Source: a bacterium
GTDB taxonomy: Bacteria > Desulfobacterota > S145-22
DNA length: 64,000 nucleotides
Direction: 5' to 3'
Assembly: GCA_026986155.1 (NCBI GenBank)
Contig: JALSPC010000193.1
Location: forward strand, 2,537-66,536
In this document: positions 61,422-64,000 of the stretch, in pieces
How the letters are laid out: every line of letters starts with the position of its first letter
How positions within the stretch are numbered: position 1 is the first letter of the stretch
Translations under genes and position numbers: made by a program
The notes under the pieces: model-generated
Seen by the model: only the letters and a program-made list of their open reading frames with translations
What the model was told of the DNA's origin: nothing
Database searches by the model: none

Positions 61422-61793
61422 ATGGTAACAGTCATCGCAGTCCTGCACGTGGTCGTGGCGATCGCCCTGATCATGATTATTCTCATGCAGACCGGACGGG
61501 GCAGCGACATCGGCGCGGCCTTCGGCGCCGGCGCGAGCCAGACGGTCTTTGGAAGCTCCGGATCGACCCCGTTCTTGAACCGGGTCACGGTGGGGGCCGC
61601 CGTCGTCTTCATGCTGACCTCTCTCCTGCTCGCCTACGCGAGCGGACATCGGAAGGCCAGCGTCGCCACCATCATGAAAAACAAGGCCAAGAAAACGGCC
61701 CCGGCCACGCCGGGAGCAAAAACACCGGCCGCGTCCCAGAAACCCAAGCCGGCGGCGCAGCCGAAACCGGAAACGGGGACAAAGGCCAAGTAG
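61422..61793 (+). CDS. secG: preprotein translocase subunit SecG
   Basis: two TM helices with LMQTGRGSD...GAAFG motif; conserved position after tpiA. Confidence 0.85.
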   Translation: MVTVIAVLHVVVAIALIMIILMQTGRGSDIGAAFGAGASQTVFGSSGSTPFLNRVTVGAAVVFMLTSLLLAYASGHRKASVATIMKNKAKKTAPATPGAKTPAASQKPKPAAQPKPETGTKAK

Positions 61794-61809
61794 GACCATG
61801 GTTCGACGT

Positions 61810-61895
61810 GCCGAAGTGGTGGAACTGGTAGACACGCCATCTTGAGGGGGTGGTGGGCGACGCCTGTGCGGGTTCGAGTCCCGCCTTCGGCACCA
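61810..61895 (+). tRNA. tRNA-Leu(GAG)
   Basis: 86 nt hand-folded cloverleaf: acceptor GCCGAAG, anticodon stem CCATC/GGTGG with loop TTGAGGG, long variable arm, GGTTCGAGTCC T-arm, encoded CCA. Confidence 0.85.
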
Positions 61896-61984
61896 TAAAC
61901 ATTAGGTAGTAGGTAAAAGCTGGAAGACTGAAATCTTAGGTTTCAGGGTTCAAAGCTCAAGGCCGAAAGCTCAAAGCAAAACAC

Positions 61985-62060
61985 ACTATTTACTTGTCAC
62001 TTGTCACGGTTTTTTATTGTCACGGATTTGCGCGGATGAACTCCGATTTTCTTTTTTCTG
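61985..62060. repeat. composite iteron-like repeat unit U1 (element A 61985-62012 + element B 62021-62060)
   Basis: A = CACTATTTACTTGTCACTTGTCACGGTT, repeated exactly at 62904-62931; B = CACGGATTTGCGCGGATGAAC..GATTTTCTTTTTTCT, repeated at 63417-63455. Confidence 0.7.
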
Positions 62061-62131
62061 CTCACGCCAAGGCGCGGAGAACGCAAAGAAAACATAAAAT
62101 TCTTACAGTGATTGTATCTGTCGTTTTTCGA

Positions 62132-62482
62132 CTATCTATGCGCGAATCTCACTTTTGTTTCGGTTACGACAACAAATCGATTGGATATTTTACCGGCATA
62201 ATTTTGGAGTAATCGGCTAAGGACCTTGATCTTTACAACAGTTCTCTCATCTTCAAGCCTTAAAAGAATGATGCCTCGATGAGGACGTCTTTCCCGATAA
62301 ATCTTTTCACCGAAGTCTTTATCGTTGGTTATCAAAATCCAATTTTCTTTAAAGGCCTTTTTGATAATCACATCATCAACCGAACCACGTGCCTCGTCGT
62401 AAACAGAAAAAACCTCGTGCCCTTGTTTCGACAACCATTCCGTGACAGCGGGACCCGTGCATTCATCAACGAGAAAACGCAA
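62132..62482 (-). CDS. DUF5615-like (PIN/Mut7-C-like) putative toxin of a DUF433/DUF5615 pair
   Basis: LRFLVDECTG...ITNDKDFGE matches DUF5615 pattern; no in-frame ATG, so start assigned to TTG 62482, 2 nt past the DUF433 stop. Confidence 0.55.
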   Translation of the reverse strand: MRFLVDECTGPAVTEWLSKQGHEVFSVYDEARGSVDDVIIKKAFKENWILITNDKDFGEKIYRERRPHRGIILLRLEDERTVVKIKVLSRLLQNYAGKISNRFVVVTETKVRFAHR

Positions 62483-62483
62483 T

Positions 62484-62732
62484 TTAGGCCGGCTCCATTG
62501 CGAGGGGCATGAACTCCGTGCTTTCCAGCGCCTTGGTCGCAAAAAGGATACAGGCCTGGATGTCTTCAGGTTTAAGCCCTTTATACTCCTGAAGAATTTC
62601 CTCCACCGTCGCGCCATGGGCCAATTGATTCAAGACGTATTCAACCGTCAATCGTGTTCCGCGAATAACGGGTTTTCCAACCATAACTTTAGGATCGACG
62701 GTAATACGTCCTAATAATTGTTTTTCATTCAT
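62484..62732 (-). CDS. DUF433 domain protein (putative antitoxin)
   Basis: ITVDPKVMVGKPVIRGTRLTVEYVLNQLAHGATVEEILQEY matches DUF433 core. Confidence 0.7.
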   Translation of the reverse strand: MNEKQLLGRITVDPKVMVGKPVIRGTRLTVEYVLNQLAHGATVEEILQEYKGLKPEDIQACILFATKALESTEFMPLAMEPA

Positions 62733-62883
62733 CCCTTTTCCTCCGTGTTAAAGCCTCATGACGGGGCATCTCGCACCTGGATGCGCGCGTGGAGCCGCTC
62801 GACTGGCATTTTTATTAAATCACATGATATGCGGTTTTTTCAACCCCGCCCTTCAGGCTATAACCGAACCAGAATCATCCGCA

Positions 62884-62931
62884 GATTTTTTGATTTTTCT
62901 CGTCACTATTTACTTGTCACTTGTCACGGTT
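62884..62931. repeat. second copy of repeat element A with upstream GATTTTT-rich segment (unit U2)
   Basis: 28/28 identity to 61985-62012; preceded by GCAGATTTTTTGATTTTTCT resembling the B tail. Confidence 0.7.
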
Positions 62932-63138
62932 TGCAACCTTGAACCTTGAACATCTTCAGCCTTCGGACTATAAATTGGACGGGATGAACAGGATTAAAAC
63001 AAGGATTCCGTAAACAACTTACACAAAACAGGCTTGACCGGAAATGGGTAATTGATTATAGGTTGTCCCTTCTTGCACATTTGACATAGAAAAGGCAAGT
63101 TGTTAAAATTTAAGCGCACTTTAAAGAAGGGGGCCAAT

Positions 63139-63339
63139 ATGAAAATTCGAGTTATTGTGGAAAAGGGCGAAGACGGTTTTTATGTTGCCCATTGTCCCGC
63201 CTTGAAAAGCTGCTGGAGCCAGGGAGCCACGGAAAAAGAGGCCCTGCGGAATATTCAAGAGGCTATCGAACTTTACCTGGAATCCGATGAAGAAATCGTC
63301 GAAGACAATTCCCGAAAAATATATGAACTGGCCTTATGA
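63139..63339 (+). CDS. hicB: HicB-family antitoxin (UPF0150)
   Basis: MKIRVIVEKGEDGFYVAHCPALKSCWSQGATEKEALRNIQEAIELYLE; promoter-like TTGACC-18-TATAGG upstream; GGGGG RBS. Confidence 0.75.
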   Translation: MKIRVIVEKGEDGFYVAHCPALKSCWSQGATEKEALRNIQEAIELYLESDEEIVEDNSRKIYELAL

Positions 63340-63551
63340 AACTTCCGCTTATATCAGGAAGGGAGGTCGTAGCCGCCTTGAAGCGGATGGGATTTGAAGA
63401 AATTCACAGAAAAGGCAGCCACGGATTTGCGCGGATGAACACAGATTTTCTTTTTCTTGTCACACGTCACAGATCACGGCACGCGGAGCATGCTCATCAC
63501 GGCTGCCGAAGGCGGCATGTCACGCGTTACGGCCGTTATGGACTGGATTGA
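63336..63551 (+). pseudogene. hicA: hicA toxin gene truncated after about 30 codons by repeat element B
   Basis: N-terminus MKLPLISGREVVAALKRMGFEEIHRKGSH matches HicA (YcfA) up to the conserved GSH; reading frame then runs into repeat CACGGATTTGCGCGGATGAAC; ATGA overlap with hicB. Confidence 0.6.
63417..63480. repeat. second copy of repeat element B followed by degenerate TGTCAC-rich A-like segment (unit U3)
   Basis: CACGGATTTGCGCGGATGAACACAGATTTTCTTTTTCT then TGTCACACGTCACAGATCACGG. Confidence 0.65.
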
Positions 63552-63599
63552 CCGGATGAACCGGATAAAGTATCTGAAAATTCCAAGATATCCCATTTT

Positions 63600-64000
63600 C
63601 TTTCCAACGCCTTTCGGCATCCGAGGGATTTGCACAAATATGGCAGTTTGGAAAATGCCACTAAAGAATAGTGCTCAACGCCTTTCGGCATCCGAGGGAT
63701 TTGCACCACTCTGAACTTCATTCATTCTTTTCATTGTCTCATTGTGCTCAACGCCTTTCGGCATCCGAGGGATTTGCACATAAAAAGAGCAGTCTTTTTT
63801 GCTTTTTTCTTTTAGTGCTCAACGCCTTTCGGCATCCGAGGGATTTGCACACAAAGGCTGGGACATCCGGGAAATCCGCGCCATCCAGTGCTCAACGCCT
63901 TTCGGCATCCGAGGGATTTGCACCACCTTGTCCGCCGGATACTTCGCCTCGATGAATGGGTGCTCAACGCCTTTCGGCATCCGAGGGATTTGCACGTGAA
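63600..64000 (+). CRISPR. CRISPR array, 36-bp repeat GTGCTCAACGCCTTTCGGCATCCGAGGGATTTGCAC, at least 6 repeats / 5 spacers, continues past window end
   Basis: repeats at 63600 (degenerate in first 5 nt), 63671, 63744, 63815, 63888, 63960; spacers 35-37 bp, all unique; plus-strand orientation favoured by wobble-containing hairpin plus 8-nt handle. Confidence 0.9.

Noticed and set aside
61878-61895. Similarity between the tRNA-Leu 3' end (CGCCTTCGGCACCA) and the CRISPR repeat core (CGCCTTTCGGCATCC)
   Set aside because: Only about 12 of 14 nt with an indel; most likely coincidence rather than an att-site duplication. No longer tRNA-derived segment is found next to the array.
61994-62212. 72-aa ORF downstream of tRNA-Leu
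   Set aside because: It is generated by reading through repeat element B (same HGFARMN peptide as the hicA fusion); no RBS, low-complexity AT-rich tail; treated as non-coding repeat DNA.

Overview
This 64 kb window is chromosomal backbone from a high-GC (about 60%) diderm bacterium, probably an anaerobe given hppA, nfnAB and ferredoxins. No closer taxonomic assignment is possible from the sequence.

Backbone content:
- 1-11.6 kb: NCS1 permease, cold-shock protein, parvulin PPIase, Bcp peroxiredoxin, an RND efflux operon (NodT-MFP-AcrB) followed directly by a K+ channel.
- 11.6-20 kb: CN-hydrolase plus nadE, dnaJ, an FmdB zinc-ribbon protein, and a minus-strand GldA/GldF/GldG-like ABC operon with a DUF4340 protein.
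- 20-26 kb: H+-pyrophosphatase, then the conserved pth-ctc(rplY)-prs-tRNA-Gln-spoVG-ispE block with a ferredoxin and a NifU-like gene.
- 26-43 kb: PBP1A, ubiE, panE, a response-regulator GGDEF protein, and an outer-membrane/lipid A supercluster (bamA-skp-lpxD-fabZ-lpxA-GnnA-like oxidoreductase-lpxB-msbA-DUF374-waaA).
- 43-50 kb: DUF3108 protein, IMPase, nfnA/nfnB-like pair, histidine phosphatase, cinA, an MBL hydrolase.
- 54.9-61.9 kb: rimO, site-2 protease, a CinA-C-domain paralog, pgpA, gap-pgk-tpiA-secG, tRNA-Leu(GAG).

Three regions are accessory-like:
- A low-GC island at about 50.7-54.9 kb carries a choloylglycine-hydrolase-family Ntn hydrolase, an unusual 771-aa protein with two family III CoA-transferase domains, and a small secreted peptide.
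- A 1.7 kb mosaic downstream of tRNA-Leu carries a DUF433/DUF5615 toxin-antitoxin pair (toxin starts at TTG), hicB with a truncated hicA, and composite iteron-like direct repeats rich in TGTCAC motifs.
- A CRISPR array begins at 63.6 kb and runs off the window. It has a 36-bp repeat with a wobble-paired hairpin plus an 8-nt handle. No cas genes are in view.

The long antisense ORFs in the supplied track are shadow ORFs of the high-GC genes and were not called.
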